A DNA stretch of 64,000 nt from positions 3,658,001-3,722,000 of the forward strand of contig OZ024744.1 of the NCBI GenBank assembly GCA_964016885.1, given 5' to 3'. The first letter of the stretch is position 1, and every line of letters starts with the position of its first letter. Below the pieces are notes generated by a model. That model searched no databases and was not told the DNA's origin. It saw only the letters and a list, made by a program, of their open reading frames with translations. The stretch is from Eledone cirrhosa (lineage: Eukaryota). The position numbers were made by a program, and so were the translations under genes. This document shows, piece after piece, positions 62,401 through 64,000 of the stretch.

Positions 62401-64000
62401 TGGTGAATAACGAAGTTTTGGGAGAAGACAACGTAGAGAAAGATAGCTTGGTGAAGAACGAAGTTTTGAGGGAAGACAAGGTAGAGAAAGATAGCTTGGT
62501 GAAGAACGACATTTTGAGGGAAGACAAGGTAGAGAAAGATAGCTTGGTGAAGAACGACGTTTTGTGGGAAGACGAGGTAGAGAAAGATAGCTTGGTGAAT
62601 AACAAAGTTTTGGGAGAAGACAAGCTCGAGAAAGATAGCTTGGTGAAGAACGAAGTTTTGTGGGAAGACAAGGTAGAGAAAGATAGCTTGGTGAAGAACG
62701 AAGTTTTGGGGGAAGACAAGGTAGAGAAAGATAGCTTGGTGAAGAACGTAGTTTTGGGGAAGACAATGTAGAGAAAGATAGCTTGGTGAAGAACGAAATT
62801 TGGGGGAAGACAAGGTAGAGAAAGATAGCTTGGTGAAGAACGAAGTTTTGGGAGAAGACAAGGTAGAGAAGGATAGCTTGGTGAAGAACGAAGTTTTGAG
62901 GGAAGACAAAGTAGAGAAAGATAGCTTGGTGAAGAACGACGTTTTGAGGGAAGACAAGGTAGAGAAAGATAACTTGGTGAAGAACGACGTTTTGTGGGAA
63001 GACAAGGTAGAGAAATATAGCTTGGTGAAGAACGAAGTTTTGGGGGAAGACAAGGTAGAGAAAGATAGCTTGGTGAAGAACGACGTTTTGTGGGAAGACA
63101 AGGTAGAGAAAGATAGCTTGGTGAAGAACGAAGTTTTGGGGGAAGACAAGGTAGAGAAAGATAGCTTGGTGAAGAACGGAGTTTTGGGGGAAGACAAGGT
63201 AGAGAAAGATAGCTTGGTGAAGAACGACGTTTTGTGGGAAGACAAGGTAGAGAAAGATAGCTTGGTGAAGAACGAAGTTTTGGGGGAAGACAAGGTAGAG
63301 AAAGATAGCTTGGTGAAGAACGAAGTTTTGGGGGAAGACAAGGTAGAGAAAGATAGCTTGGTGAAGAACGAAGTTTTGGGGAAGACAATGTAGAGAAATA
63401 TAGCTTGGTGAAGAACGAAGATTTGGGGGAAGACAAGGTAGAGAAAGATAGCTTGGTGAAGAACGAAGTTTTGAGGGAAGACAAGGTAGAGAAAGATAGC
63501 TTGGTGAAGAACGACGTTTTGAGGGAAGACAAGGTAGAGAAAGATAGCTTGGTGAAGAACGACGTTTTGTGGGAAGACAAGGTAGAGAAAGATAGCATGG
63601 TGAAGAACGAGGTTTTGGGGGAAGACAAGGTAGTGAAAGATAGCTTGGTGAACAACGGAGTTTTGGGGGAAGACAAGGTAGAGAAAGATAGCTTGGTGAA
63701 GAACGAAGTTTTGGGGGAAGACAAGGTAGAGAAAGATAGCTTGGTGAAGAACGAAGTTTTGTGGAAGACAATGTAGAGAAAGATAGCTTGGTGAAGAACG
63801 AAGTTTTGGGGGAAGACAAGGTAGAGAAAGATAGCTTGGTGAATAACGAAGTTTTGGGAGAAGACAACGTAGAGAAAGATAGCTTGGTGAAGAACGAAGT
63901 TTTGAGGGAAGACAAGGTAGAGAAAGATAGCTTGGTGAAGAACGACATTTTGAGGGAAGACAAGGTAGAGAAAGATAGCTTGGTGAAGAACGACGTTTTG
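60540..64000 (+). repeat. Terminal higher-order repeats, offsets 1,676 bp (35 monomers minus 4) and 1,436 bp (30 monomers minus 4)
   Basis: ORF starts 60649/62325 and 61969/63405. The AGCATGG...GTAGTGAAAG...AACAACGGAG cassette recurs at about 60480, 62160 and 63595. Confidence 0.8.

Larger units (their letters stand above)
1..64000 (+). repeat. 48-bp tandem satellite array, about 1,335-1,340 head-to-tail monomers, running off both window ends
   Basis: Bases 1-48 (AAAGATAGCTTGGTGAAGAACGAAGTTTTGAGGGAAGACAAGGTAGAG) recur at 47-48 bp spacing to the last base. Most monomers differ from the consensus at 0-3 positions, all in one orientation. Most monomers carry AluI (AGCT) and BbsI (GAAGAC) sites. 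Confidence 0.99.

Noticed and set aside
38810-63724. Giant minus-strand ORFs (8,304 aa here; also 6,532 aa at 1662-21260, 4,233 aa, 3,398 aa and others)
   Set aside because: All three minus frames are open at once because the repeat lacks TTA, CTA and TCA on the + strand. The ORFs end only at sporadic variants (GTCAAG, AAGCTAG, TTAG) and switch among three unrelated repeat peptides at each 1-bp indel. They have no unique domain.
105-63776. More than 100 short + strand ORFs encoding (KDSLVKNEVLGEDKVE)n, longest 379 aa at 43722-44861
   Set aside because: Starts are mostly TTG codons within the repeat and ends are set by frameshifting deletions. There is no unique N- or C-terminus, promoter or terminator context.
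1-64000. One giant repeat-protein gene broken by sequencing errors or programmed frameshifts
   Set aside because: The deletions are linked to specific substitutions (e.g. G loss with AATG), include non-homopolymer sites, and are copied faithfully between duplicated blocks. They are inherited variants rather than random errors, and hundreds of recoding events would be needed.
1-64000. CRISPR array or diversity-cassette system
   Set aside because: There are no unique spacers, as the variable positions are single-base variants reused throughout. The repeat is not palindromic, and no cas, recombinase or reverse transcriptase gene is present.
1-64000. Telomeric repeat or G-quadruplex array (TTTTGGGGG resembles ciliate T4G4)
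   Set aside because: There is only one G-run per 48 bp, separated by 43 nt and often broken (TTGAGGG, TTGTGGG, GGGAG). It is not a tandem telomere motif and is a poor fit to canonical G4 spacing.
1-64000. Assignment to a named satellite family or species
   Set aside because: Similar monomer length to known ~48-50 bp satellites is not evidence of homology. I do not recognise the sequence and cannot run a database search.

Overview
The whole 64 kb window is one uninterrupted, head-to-tail tandem array (satellite DNA) of a 48-bp monomer. The consensus is AAAGATAGCTTGGTGAAGAACGAAGTTTTGGGGGAAGACAAGGTAGAG (A18 G18 T9 C3; 44% GC, 75% purine on the + strand), in roughly 1,335-1,340 copies. I see no unique sequence, gene, RNA gene, transposon insertion, CRISPR spacer or inversion. 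All ORFs in the track are by-products of the repeat. One + frame of the monomer is stop-free (KDSLVKNEVLGEDKVE) but is broken every few monomers by 1-bp deletions. The - strand lacks stops in all three frames because the + strand consensus has no TTA, CTA or TCA. The informative structure lies in the variants: linked monomer haplotypes, a recurring 239-bp 5-mer, nested near-identical block duplications (offsets 623 to 5,748 bp), regional variant domains that turn over along the array, and a left-to-right fall in deletion density. This looks like eukaryotic heterochromatic or (peri)centromeric satellite DNA (inference). I cannot name the family or organism, and I find no support for a novel protein-coding system. 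Block boundaries are read by eye and are approximate.
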